A DNA stretch of 32,476 nucleotides from Candidatus Aerophobota bacterium (GTDB lineage Bacteria > Aerophobota > Aerophobia > Aerophobales > AE-B3A), in NCBI GenBank assembly GCA_030602545.1, contig JAUVZN010000003.1, positions 1 through 32,476 on the forward strand, written 5' to 3'. The translations under genes were made by a program, and so were the position numbers. Shown in pieces: positions 17,468-26,758 of this stretch. Numbering within the stretch: position 1 is the stretch's first letter; each line of letters begins with the position of its first letter. Below the pieces are notes generated by a model. The model did not search any database. It saw only the letters and a program-made list of their open reading frames with translations, and was not told where the DNA came from.

Positions 17468-19132
17468 TTGGCTGAACTTAAATTCATAGGCGGTTATCCT
17501 GAATATATGCGTGAATCAATCAAGCTTGTTGAAAGGACACGACCAGAGAGAATAGGAAAATTGCCTCCTCAGATGACCCCTGAGGAGAGAGAAGAAATTT
17601 TAAATCGTTATCATCCGGATTACGTTCCCGGCGGCAAAAGATGTATAAAAATTGGTCCCAATCGAGGAGACATCGCTCCTAACGAAGTAGTGGATCTGCT
17701 TGAGGCATATCCAGTGATAGACCCTGAAGAGATTGATCTAAGTGAAGTGGATTATGAACCGGATATTTTAATAATAGGAGGTGGTCTTGCGGGAACAAGC
17801 GCTGCTCTTCTGGCAAATGATTATGGAATTCCTGCAGAGAAGATTTTGCTTACCAATAAACTAAGACATGGAGATGCTAACTCTATGATGGCCCAAGGTG
17901 GTACTCAGGCAGCAGACCGCCCAGAAGATAGTCCACTAATTCATTATATTGATGGTCTGGGGGGAGGGCATTTTACGAATAAGCCTGATGTACTAAGAGC
18001 GCTTGTGGAAGATGCTCCTCTGGTAATGCAGTGGCTTGAGAAGCTTGGAGCTATATTTGATAAAGACCCTGATGGTAATTTTATGGAACTAACAGGTGGC
18101 GGCACCTCAAGAAGGAGGATGCACGCTTGCAGGGATTATACGGGAATGGAGGAGCTGCGAGTTCTAAGGGATGAGTTTAGAAATAGAAAAATTCCGGTTC
18201 TTGAATTTTATGCGGCTGTTGAACTTATTACTAATTCTGAGAATAAAGTAGCTGGTGCAGTCTTGTGGGGTCTGGAAACAGGGGACTATAAAATTGTAAA
18301 GGCTAAAGCAACTATCCTGGCTACCGGTGGTTTCGGAAGGCTTCATATAAGAGGATTCCCAACCACTAACCATTATGGTGCCACTTGTGATGGAGTTGTT
18401 CTTGCATATCATGTTGGAGCAAAGTTAAGGGATGCGGATACTGTTCAATATCATCCTACTGGAGCTGCGTATCCTCAGCAAATAATAGGCCTTCTTCTTA
18501 CTGAAAAATTAAGAACCAGCGGAGCCCAGCCAGTGAATAAAGACGGTGAAGCATTTGTATTTCCTCTTGAACCACGGGATGTAGAAGCTTCTGCCTTTAT
18601 AAGAGAATGTTATACCAGGGATAAGGGAATGGTGACACCTACAGGAATGAGAGGAATATGGTTAGACACTCCTCTTATTGATATTATTAATGGTGAAGGT
18701 AGAACTGAACGTTCTTTTCCAGCTATGGTGAGGATGTTTAAAAGATTTGGAGTTGATATGATAAAAGACCCTGTCCTTGTTTTCCCCACACTTCATTATC
18801 AGAATGGGGGGGTGGAGACAGACCCTGAAGGGAAGACAAATATAGAAGGCTTGTTTGTTGCCGGTGAGATATCAGGTGGTGTGCATGGCAAGAATAGACT
18901 TATGGGGAACTCAACTCTTGATTGTATGGTTTTTGGTAGAAGAGCGGGAATGTATAGTGCGGAATATGTAAAATTGGCTAAAAGCAACGGAAAACTATCC
19001 TTAGAGCATGTCAAAAAATATGTAAATATGGTCAAAGAAGCTGGTATAAAGTCTGAGAGAAAGGCTCCCATACTTCTTCCAGAGTATAGAGGCAGAGCAG
19101 TATTAGCAAGAAAAATTGATATATTTTATTAA
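17468..19132 (+). CDS. Fumarate reductase/succinate dehydrogenase flavoprotein (soluble, TfrA-like)
   Basis: GGGLAG, SMMAQGG, ILATGGFG, QYHPT, TEKLR, EPRD, HYQNGG and HGKNRLMGNS, i.e. the dicarboxylate-site His/Arg residues. TTG start after AAGGAGG. Confidence 0.88.
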   Translation: MAELKFIGGYPEYMRESIKLVERTRPERIGKLPPQMTPEEREEILNRYHPDYVPGGKRCIKIGPNRGDIAPNEVVDLLEAYPVIDPEEIDLSEVDYEPDILIIGGGLAGTSAALLANDYGIPAEKILLTNKLRHGDANSMMAQGGTQAADRPEDSPLIHYIDGLGGGHFTNKPDVLRALVEDAPLVMQWLEKLGAIFDKDPDGNFMELTGGGTSRRRMHACRDYTGMEELRVLRDEFRNRKIPVLEFYAAVELITNSENKVAGAVLWGLETGDYKIVKAKATILATGGFGRLHIRGFPTTNHYGATCDGVVLAYHVGAKLRDADTVQYHPTGAAYPQQIIGLLLTEKLRTSGAQPVNKDGEAFVFPLEPRDVEASAFIRECYTRDKGMVTPTGMRGIWLDTPLIDIINGEGRTERSFPAMVRMFKRFGVDMIKDPVLVFPTLHYQNGGVETDPEGKTNIEGLFVAGEISGGVHGKNRLMGNSTLDCMVFGRRAGMYSAEYVKLAKSNGKLSLEHVKKYVNMVKEAGIKSERKAPILLPEYRGRAVLARKIDIFY

Positions 19133-19191
19133 ATAAAAGAAAAAAGTATAATCCGGTTTTTGTAGAGTTTTAATAGGTGAGGGTTTCTAAG

Positions 19192-22100
19192 ATGGAGAAA
19201 AATGTTGGGGCGGTAATGGTAGTTGGCGGCGGAATCGGCGGAATTCAGGCCTCTTTGGATCTGGCAGAATCCGGATTTAAAATATATTTAGTTGATAAAA
19301 AACCTGGTATTGGTGGAGTGATGGCACAACTGGACAAAACTTTTCCTACCAATGATTGTTCAATGTGTATTCTTTCTCCAAAACTTTTGGGAACAGGAAG
19401 AGATGAGAATATTGAAATTATGAGTTACACGGAAGTAGAAAGAGTGGAAGGCGAAGCAGGAGATTTTAAGGTTACTTTAAGGAAAAAACCCCGATATGTA
19501 GATCTAGATAAATGCACTGGCTGTGCAGAGTGTGTGGAGAGCTGTCCTGTAGAAGTTTTAACTGAGTTTGAGGAGGGTTTAAGCAACAGGAAAGCTATTT
19601 ATCGATTGTACCCTCAGGTAGTTCCCAATGTTTTTACTATAGATAAAAATGAAAATAAACCTCCCTGTAGATTAACCTGCCCGGGAGGAGTAAATGTGCA
19701 AGGTTACATCGCTTTAATTTCCCAGGGTAAATTTAAGGAAGCTTATGAGTTAATCAGGGAGAGAGTTCCTTTTCCGGGAGTTTTGGGTCGTATCTGTCAT
19801 CATCCTTGTGAAGAGAAGTGTAATAGGAAGGATTTTGATGAACCGTTAGCTATTGCCTCTTTAAAAAGGTTTGTTGCTGATTATGTAGCTGAGCATCAAG
19901 AAGAACTTCTCTCTCCCAAAAAGGATGAAGAAAAAGAGTCTAAAGAGCCTCCAAAAATTAGAGAGGAAAAAGTAGCTATTATTGGAGCCGGGCCAGCGGG
20001 ACTGACCTGTGCTTACGATTTAGCGAAGTTAGGATACAAAGTTACTGTATTTGAAGCTCAAAGCTCTCCCGGAGGGATGATGTATGCAGGGATTCCCGGA
20101 TATCGCCTATCCAAAGAAGTTCTGAAAAGGGAGATTAAACAGATTGAAGAGATAGGGGTAAAGATTCTTCTTAATACCCCTATTCGCTCAAAAGAGGAGT
20201 TCGAGAAATTAAGGAGGAATTATCAGGCGATATTTACTGCCATTGGAGCCCGGAAAAGCAAGAAATTAAGATTGGAGGGCTCAGATTTAAAAGGTGTACT
20301 TTATGGAGTAGAATTTCTTAAACATGTCAATGAAGGAAAAGAGATTACCATAGGAGAAAGAGTAGCCGTAATTGGTGGAGGAAATGTGGCCATTGATGTA
20401 GCTTTATCCTCATTGAGAGTGGGAGCAGAGGAGGTTCATCTCTTCTGTCTTGAGTCTCGTGAGGAGATGCCAGCATTTGAATGGGAAATTGAAGAAGCAG
20501 TAAGGGAGGGAATAAACCTTCATTGTTCCAGAGGACCAAAGAGGATTATAGGTAAAGAGGAAAAAGTTGGTGGATTGGAAACTATTCTTTGTAGCTCAGT
20601 TTTTGATGCTGAAGGAAGGTTTAGCCCCAAGTTTAAAGAGAAAACGGAGTCAACTATTGATGTAGATACAGTAATAATCGCCATAGGTCAAGAAGCGGAT
20701 TTTGCAGGATTTAAGGAAGTTAGAATTACTCCTCACCAGACTATCGATGTGGATAAGATTAGTTTAGCTACTTCTGTTCCCGGTGTCTTTGCTGGAGGTG
20801 ATGTAGTCAGTGGTCCCGCTTCAGTAATTGAAGCTATAAGTCAGGGACATGAGGCAGCTATCTCCATTGATAGATCTTTAAAATCTGAAGACTTAATCGA
20901 AGGCAGAGAAAAGATAGAGGAAGAAGCAGCGGAAGCTCCAGAAAAAGAAGTTGCCTTAGAAAAGAGAGAAATAATGCCTGCTCTTTCTCTCCAGGATAGA
21001 AAAAGGGATTTTAAAGAGATTGAGTTGGGATTCACTGAAAAGATGGCAATAGATGAGGCAAAGAGATGTCTTGACTGTGGTATCTGTTCGGAGTGCTTAG
21101 AGTGTGTGAAGACCTGTAAAGCAGAAGCAATCCTTCCTGATATGGTTGAAGAGAAAGTGGAAATAAAGGTTGGTTCCATTATCCTCTCTTTTGGTTTTGA
21201 TGAATTTAATCCGAGGGTAAAAGGAGAGTATGGATATGGGAGATTTCCTAATGTGATATCCAGTATTGAATTTGAGAGAATTTTATCTGCCTCAGGCCCC
21301 TATGAAGGTCAGGTAGTGAGACCCTCGGATAAGAAATTACCTAAGAAAATTGCCTGGATTCAGTGTGTGGGCTCGCGGGATATAAAATCTGGCTATCCCT
21401 ATTGTTCGTCTGTTTGCTGTATGTATGCTACCAAGGAGGCAGTTATTGCTAAAGAACATGCGGGTTCTGAGCTTACCTGCCATATTTACTTTATGGATAT
21501 GCGCTGTTTTGGTAAGGATTTTGATAAATATTATGAGAGAGCAGAGAATGAGCATGGGATAGAATACAGGAGATGCAGAGTCTCCTCTGTAGAGGAAGAC
21601 CTCCCAACAGATAACTTAAGAATAAAGTATGAGACTGAAGAGGGGAATTTAAAAGAAGAAGAGTATGATTTAGTAGTGTTATCGGTTGGTCTAACGCCTT
21701 CTGAGGATGTATTAAGGATAAGTGAAAAGTTAGGCCTTCAATTAAATGAGTATAACTTCATTAAATCAGATGAGCTATTTCCTGTAGACACAACAAGAAA
21801 AGGAATATATGCTTGTGGAGCAATTTTAGAGCCAAAAGATATCCCGGAGACAGTAACTCAGGCAAGCGGAGCTGCAGCCAGGGCCTCATCTTTGCTTTCC
21901 TCTGCTCGGAGAACTTTAATCAAGGAAAAGGAGTATCCCCCAGAGATAGATGTGAGTGGAGAGGCTCCAAGAATAGGGGTATTCGTCTGCCACTGTGGAA
22001 TAAATATTGGAGGGGTGGTTGATGTTCCCGCTGTTGTTGAATATACCAAGAGATTACCCAATGTAGTTTATGCTGAAGATAATCTTTATACCTGTTCCCA

Positions 22101-23634
22101 GGATACCCAGGAAAGAATAAAGGAAGCCATAAAGGAGCATAAATTAAACAGAGTGGTAGTTGCTTCTTGCACTCCAAGAACTCACGAGCCTCTTTTCCAG
22201 GAGACCATAAGGGAAGCAGGCTTAAACCCTCATCTTTTTGAGATGGCTAATATTCGTGACCAGGATTCCTGGGTTCATATGAGAGAGCCAGAAAAAGCTA
22301 CGGAAAAAGCCAAAGATTTAGTAAGAATGGCGGTGGCAAAAGCTTGTTTAATAGAGTCCTTACCTAGTTTTTCCTCAGAAGTTATTCAGAAAGGGCTTGT
22401 TATTGGAGGGGGTTTAGCGGGAATGATAGCTGCCTTAAATATAGCTGAACAGGAGTTTGAGGTATATCTTATGGAAAAGGAAGCCGAGTTAGGGGGAAAT
22501 TTAAGAAATCTTCATTATACTCTGGAGAACGAAGATATGCAGAGTTATCTGAAGTCGATAGTTAAAGAGGTAGAAGAGAATCCGAAAATCAAAGTATACA
22601 GGAATGTAAATATCAAAAGTGTAGAAGGATATGTAGGAAACTTTAAGACAACCATAGTACAAAATGAGGAAACTGAAAAGATAGAACTAGAACATGGAGT
22701 AATAGTTGTAGCTACCGGTGCTAAAGAGTCAAAGCCTAAAGAATATTTATATGGAGAAGATGAGAGAATAGTTACTCAGTTAGAACTTGAAGAGATGTTA
22801 GCCAGGCCCGATTCCAAAATTCCCACTCTCAACACTATAGTGATGATTCAATGTGTGGGCTCCAGAGAGAATGAGAGACCCTATTGCAGCCGGGTATGTT
22901 GCAGTGATGCAATGAAGAATGCTCTCAAGATGAAAAAAGAGAATCCTAGGGCAAATATATTTATTTTATATAGAGATATGAGAACCTATGGCTTTAAAGA
23001 AAGCTTCTATCAAGAATCTCGGGAGAAAGGAGTAGTTTTTATAAGATATGATAAGGATAAAAAGCCTTATGTAACCAGAGACGCTGAGGGTTTAACAGTA
23101 GAAGTTTTGGATCCTATTCTTAAAGAGAAACTTCGTATAACTGCTGATCTTCTGGTATTGAGTACAGCTATTATTCCTAATGAAGATAACCAAACTCTTG
23201 CTCAATTATTAAAGGTTCCTTTAACAGAGGATGGATTTTATTTAGAAGCTCATGTGAAACTCCGCCCCGTAGATTTTTCTACTCGGGGTATATTTTTAGC
23301 AGGAATGGCTCATGGTCCAAAGTTTATCAAGGAGACTATTTCTCAAGCTTATGCTGCTGCTGAGAAAGCCTGCAGTGTAATTTGCAAAGATCGTGTTGAG
23401 GCAGAGGCAATTATTGCCCAAGTGAATGAGAGATGGTGCCGGGGATGTGGTATATGTGTCTCAGCATGTCCCTATGAAGCTATAAGTATAGATGAGGAGA
23501 CTAATTTAGCCAAGGTAACCGAGGTGCTTTGTCAGGGTTGTGGTGCCTGTAGCGCTGCTTGTCCCAGTGGAGCTATTCAACAGAAGGGTTTTCAAAGAAA
23601 TCAGATTCTTTCCATGGTGGATATAGCACTATAA
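19192..23634 (+). CDS. hdrA: Large HdrA fusion (HdrL-type): HdrA module with inserted GltD-like NAD(P)H oxidoreductase, followed by a second HdrA module
   Basis: GGGIGG...TFPTNDC; insert with PCRLTCP, GRICHHPCEEKC, GAGPAGL and GGGNVAID; two QCVGSR...CS-x-VCC motifs; internal RIGVFVCHCG and NIRDQDSWVH; C-terminal 2x[4Fe-4S]. Confidence 0.9.
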   Translation: MEKNVGAVMVVGGGIGGIQASLDLAESGFKIYLVDKKPGIGGVMAQLDKTFPTNDCSMCILSPKLLGTGRDENIEIMSYTEVERVEGEAGDFKVTLRKKPRYVDLDKCTGCAECVESCPVEVLTEFEEGLSNRKAIYRLYPQVVPNVFTIDKNENKPPCRLTCPGGVNVQGYIALISQGKFKEAYELIRERVPFPGVLGRICHHPCEEKCNRKDFDEPLAIASLKRFVADYVAEHQEELLSPKKDEEKESKEPPKIREEKVAIIGAGPAGLTCAYDLAKLGYKVTVFEAQSSPGGMMYAGIPGYRLSKEVLKREIKQIEEIGVKILLNTPIRSKEEFEKLRRNYQAIFTAIGARKSKKLRLEGSDLKGVLYGVEFLKHVNEGKEITIGERVAVIGGGNVAIDVALSSLRVGAEEVHLFCLESREEMPAFEWEIEEAVREGINLHCSRGPKRIIGKEEKVGGLETILCSSVFDAEGRFSPKFKEKTESTIDVDTVIIAIGQEADFAGFKEVRITPHQTIDVDKISLATSVPGVFAGGDVVSGPASVIEAISQGHEAAISIDRSLKSEDLIEGREKIEEEAAEAPEKEVALEKREIMPALSLQDRKRDFKEIELGFTEKMAIDEAKRCLDCGICSECLECVKTCKAEAILPDMVEEKVEIKVGSIILSFGFDEFNPRVKGEYGYGRFPNVISSIEFERILSASGPYEGQVVRPSDKKLPKKIAWIQCVGSRDIKSGYPYCSSVCCMYATKEAVIAKEHAGSELTCHIYFMDMRCFGKDFDKYYERAENEHGIEYRRCRVSSVEEDLPTDNLRIKYETEEGNLKEEEYDLVVLSVGLTPSEDVLRISEKLGLQLNEYNFIKSDELFPVDTTRKGIYACGAILEPKDIPETVTQASGAAARASSLLSSARRTLIKEKEYPPEIDVSGEAPRIGVFVCHCGINIGGVVDVPAVVEYTKRLPNVVYAEDNLYTCSQDTQERIKEAIKEHKLNRVVVASCTPRTHEPLFQETIREAGLNPHLFEMANIRDQDSWVHMREPEKATEKAKDLVRMAVAKACLIESLPSFSSEVIQKGLVIGGGLAGMIAALNIAEQEFEVYLMEKEAELGGNLRNLHYTLENEDMQSYLKSIVKEVEENPKIKVYRNVNIKSVEGYVGNFKTTIVQNEETEKIELEHGVIVVATGAKESKPKEYLYGEDERIVTQLELEEMLARPDSKIPTLNTIVMIQCVGSRENERPYCSRVCCSDAMKNALKMKKENPRANIFILYRDMRTYGFKESFYQESREKGVVFIRYDKDKKPYVTRDAEGLTVEVLDPILKEKLRITADLLVLSTAIIPNEDNQTLAQLLKVPLTEDGFYLEAHVKLRPVDFSTRGIFLAGMAHGPKFIKETISQAYAAAEKACSVICKDRVEAEAIIAQVNERWCRGCGICVSACPYEAISIDEETNLAKVTEVLCQGCGACSAACPSGAIQQKGFQRNQILSMVDIAL

Positions 23635-23669
23635 AGAGATTTACTATGAGTATATGAAGGAGGTAATTG

Positions 23670-24092
23670 ATGGCTAATTTTGAGCCAAAGATAGTTGGTT
23701 TTTTGTGTAATTGGTGTACCTATGCGGGAGCAGACCTTGCGGGTACTTCAAGAATGCAATATCCGCCAAATATTAGGCCTATCAGAGTGATGTGTTCGGG
23801 GTCGGTTGATTCTGCTTATGTCCTTCGGGCTTTATTAGAAGGAGCTGATGGAGTCTTTATTGGCGGATGTCATCCCGGAGATTGCCATTATGTGAGTGGA
23901 AATTATAAGGAGAGGAGAAGAATTACTGTTTTGAAAAGTATTTTGAAAACCTTAGGGTTGGATGATAATCGAGTCTGGATTAGGTGGGTCAGTGCCAGCG
24001 AAGGTAAGAGATATGCGGATACTATATCTGAGATGACATCTCATTTGAAAAAATTAGGTCCCAATCCTATAAGTAAGTACTGGTCTTTATAG
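23670..24092 (+). CDS. mvhD: MvhD/FlpD [2Fe-2S] adaptor subunit
   Basis: FEPKIVGFLCNWCTYAGADLAG, RVMCSG, GCHPGDCHY and WVSASEG. Confidence 0.95.
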   Translation: MANFEPKIVGFLCNWCTYAGADLAGTSRMQYPPNIRPIRVMCSGSVDSAYVLRALLEGADGVFIGGCHPGDCHYVSGNYKERRRITVLKSILKTLGLDDNRVWIRWVSASEGKRYADTISEMTSHLKKLGPNPISKYWSL

Positions 24093-24103
24093 AGGTGAAG
24101 GAA

Positions 24104-25231
24104 ATGACAAAAGAGGTAGTTATTGAGGTAAAGAATGGTAAAGTAAAAGAAGCGATTAATTCTTTTTTAAAAGGTCTTCTTGAAAAAAATCTGGTGAGTG
24201 CACTTCTAGTTTCTCGGGAGGTCCCCTCAAAAGATAATGTGGTTCAGAGTTTGGTGACTAATTCCCATGGACTAAAAGAGGCAAATGTTATTGCTCCTGT
24301 CCTTCCGGTTAATTCGGCAAGGATTATCTCTGAGATGACCAGACTCAGTCCCCATAAAAGTCCTGTAGGAATTGTTCTTAGGTCCTGTGAAATAAGAGCC
24401 TTGATAGAGCTGGTTAAATTAAAACAAGCTTCCTTAGATAATCTACTTATAATTGGAGTAGATTGCTTAGGGACCTATTCAGTTAGTGATTATCAGGGCC
24501 TCTGTAAGCAAGGTGATTCGCCTTTAGACGAACTATTAAGGAAATTTAAGGAGGAAAACGAAGATGCTAAATTAAGAGAGGCCTGTCGGGTGTGTGAATA
24601 CGCTATCCCCTCTAATGCCGATTTAGTTGTCGGCTTAATAGGGGTAGATTTTGAAAAGAATATTCTTCTTGAGTCTCGTACTGAAAAAGGAGAAGGAATT
24701 TTAGAAAAATTCTCTTTTCCAAAATTTAACCAATCAAAGGAAAGAGAAGAATCTGTCTCTAAGTATATTGATGAAAAAATAGCCAAAAGAGATGCTCTTT
24801 TTTCTCAGACAAAAAAAGAGGTAGGGAATTGGGAGAATTTGCTTTCAGTCTTTTCTACCTGCATTAGCTGTCATAATTGTATGAGAGTTTGTCCCATTTG
24901 CTATTGCAGAGAATGTTTCTTCAAGTCCCCTACTTTTGAATTTGATTCAGAAAAATACCTGGGGTGGGCTAAAAGAAAAGGCTCTATTAAAATGCCCAAA
25001 GATACTATTCTTTTTCATTTGGGGAGAATGAGTCATATGGCTACTTCCTGTGTAGGATGCGGAGTCTGTGAAGGGGCTTGTCCCAGTAATATCCCACTTC
25101 TTAGAATATTTAAAACAGTAGGCCATAATGTGCAACAGATTTTCAAGTATGTTCCCGGAAGAGATTTAGAAGAGCCATTGCCACTTACTACTTTTAAAGA
25201 AGATGAACTTCAAGGTGTGGGGGAGGAGTAA
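24104..25231 (+). CDS. FdhB/FrhB-like Fe-S protein associated with Hdr/MvhD
   Basis: RSCEIRALIELVK, IGVDCLG, REACRVC, CISCHNCMRVCPICYCREC, FHLGRMSH and CVGCGVCEGACP. ATG at 24104 follows GAGGTG. Confidence 0.8.
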   Translation: MTKEVVIEVKNGKVKEAINSFLKGLLEKNLVSALLVSREVPSKDNVVQSLVTNSHGLKEANVIAPVLPVNSARIISEMTRLSPHKSPVGIVLRSCEIRALIELVKLKQASLDNLLIIGVDCLGTYSVSDYQGLCKQGDSPLDELLRKFKEENEDAKLREACRVCEYAIPSNADLVVGLIGVDFEKNILLESRTEKGEGILEKFSFPKFNQSKEREESVSKYIDEKIAKRDALFSQTKKEVGNWENLLSVFSTCISCHNCMRVCPICYCRECFFKSPTFEFDSEKYLGWAKRKGSIKMPKDTILFHLGRMSHMATSCVGCGVCEGACPSNIPLLRIFKTVGHNVQQIFKYVPGRDLEEPLPLTTFKEDELQGVGEE

Positions 25232-25232
25232 A

Positions 25233-25757
25233 ATGAGTGAAAATGAAGAAAAGATTATCAAGGTAAATGAATTAAACCCCAATTTTAAATATGAGATTCA
25301 AGCGCAACCCGGAGGCGAGAATATTACTCGCTGCTTTGCCTGTGGCACCTGCAGCGCTGCCTGTCCTGTGAGAGAGGTAAACGAGAAGTATAATCCCCGA
25401 AAGATTATTAGAATGGCTTTATTGGGAATGAAAGAGAGGGTTCTTTCCAGCGATTTTATCTGGCTCTGTTCCAGCTGTTATACCTGCTATGAGAGATGTC
25501 CCCAGGATGTAAGAATTACAGAACTGATGAATGCTATGAAAAATATAGCTGTAAAAGAAGGATATATTCATCCATCTTTTGTAGCTCAAATGGAGGCTTT
25601 AAACTCTCATGGGAGACTTTATGAAATGGGGGAGTTCGATAATAAAAAGCGAGTAAAGGTTGGTCTTCCTCCCATAGAGGAAACTGCCGAGGATACCAAA
25701 AAATTATTTAAACAGGAAGGTGTGGATAAACTTATTGAGTTTAAGGAGGGAGGATAA
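25233..25757 (+). CDS. hdrC: Heterodisulfide reductase subunit C (second copy)
   Basis: CFACGTCSAACP, NPRKIIR and IWLCSSCYTCYERCP. ATG at 25233 follows GGAGG. Confidence 0.92.
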   Translation: MSENEEKIIKVNELNPNFKYEIQAQPGGENITRCFACGTCSAACPVREVNEKYNPRKIIRMALLGMKERVLSSDFIWLCSSCYTCYERCPQDVRITELMNAMKNIAVKEGYIHPSFVAQMEALNSHGRLYEMGEFDNKKRVKVGLPPIEETAEDTKKLFKQEGVDKLIEFKEGG

Positions 25758-26629
25758 TGAAATACGCTTTATTTTTGGGATGTACTGTTCCGGTGAGGGC
25801 TTTAAATTATGAAGTTTCTGCAAGGAAAGTAGCCCATAAGCTAAATATAGAGTTTGTAGATATAAATGATTTTAGCTGTTGTGGTTTTCCTGTAAAATCG
25901 GTGGATAGAGATACTTTTCTTTTAATGGCCGCTAAAAATTTAAGTTTGGCGGAAGAGAAGGGTTTGGATATATGTTCTCTTTGTAGTGCCTGCACTTCCG
26001 TTTTAACAGAAGCAAATAAAGAGCTAAAAGAAGATGAAGATTTACGGAAAGGGATAAATAAGGAGCTTTCAGTTTTAGGGAGAAAATATGAGGGAAGGAT
26101 AAAAGTAAAACATTTTGCCCGAATTTTATATGAGGATGTGGGTCTGGATAAGATAAGGGAGAATTTAAGGGTTGATTTGTCTAAATTTAGCTTTGCTGCT
26201 CACTATGGCTGCCATTACTTAAAACCTTCAGAAATATACGAGGGTTTTGATGACCCCGAAAATCCAAAAACTCTGGATGAGTTAATTGAGCTGACAGGAG
26301 CAAAATCTATTCCTTATGAAGATAAAAAGGGGTGTTGTGGTGGGGGAATTTTGGGTATAGATGAAATGACAGCTCTGAAAGTAGCTAAGACTAAGCTTGA
26401 CCATGTAAAATCTGCTGGAGCAGATGCTGTCTGCTTGATTTGCCCTTTTTGTAGTATTATGTATGAAGGAAGTCAAAAAAAGATGGAGAGGGAATTTGAG
26501 GCAGAGTATAATCTACCCGTTTTATATTATCCTCAAATTCTTGGTCTTGCTCTGGGAATTCCTCAAGATGAGTTAGGGTTCCGCATGAACCGGGTTAAAC
26601 CTCGGGAAATTATCGCTCAATTGAGCTAG
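25757..26629 (+). CDS. hdrB: Heterodisulfide reductase subunit B (second copy)
   Basis: FLGC, SCCG, CSAC, HYGCH, CCGGG and CPFC. TAATG coupling to hdrC. Confidence 0.93.
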   Translation: MKYALFLGCTVPVRALNYEVSARKVAHKLNIEFVDINDFSCCGFPVKSVDRDTFLLMAAKNLSLAEEKGLDICSLCSACTSVLTEANKELKEDEDLRKGINKELSVLGRKYEGRIKVKHFARILYEDVGLDKIRENLRVDLSKFSFAAHYGCHYLKPSEIYEGFDDPENPKTLDELIELTGAKSIPYEDKKGCCGGGILGIDEMTALKVAKTKLDHVKSAGADAVCLICPFCSIMYEGSQKKMEREFEAEYNLPVLYYPQILGLALGIPQDELGFRMNRVKPREIIAQLS

Positions 26630-26677
26630 TGCTCCTTCGGGGAAAAGTCCCGAAATATTCTTTACAGTGAGCACTAG
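26626..26677. repeat. Nested inverted repeat
   Basis: CTAGTGCTC (26626-26634) and GAGCACTAG (26669-26677) form a perfect 9-bp IR enclosing a TTCGGG/CCCGAA hairpin. Confidence 0.7.
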
Positions 26678-26758
26678 ATGAGGATGAGCTGGCGATTGAC
26701 GGTAAGAGACCATTTGATATAGCATGAGGGCAGACTTAACAGCAAAAAGGAGTAGGGT

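Noticed and set aside
17468-19132. L-aspartate oxidase (nadB) call for the flavoprotein
   Set aside because: It shares the missing FAD-His, but it is paired with an SdhB-like Fe-S subunit, lies between fumarase and sucCD, and has no nadA/nadC neighbours.
19116-19152. Internal promoter before hdrL (TATAAT at 19147-19152)
   Set aside because: No correctly spaced -35 (TTGATA is 25 nt away) and no TGn extension; the context is very AT-rich.
13319-26629. Methanogenesis or sHdr-type sulfur oxidation as the role of the Hdr genes
   Set aside because: No mcr, mvhAG, dsr, tusA or dsrE genes are in the window, the gene order differs from the sHdr cluster, and promoter and RBS signals are bacterial. 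A link to genes outside the window cannot be excluded.
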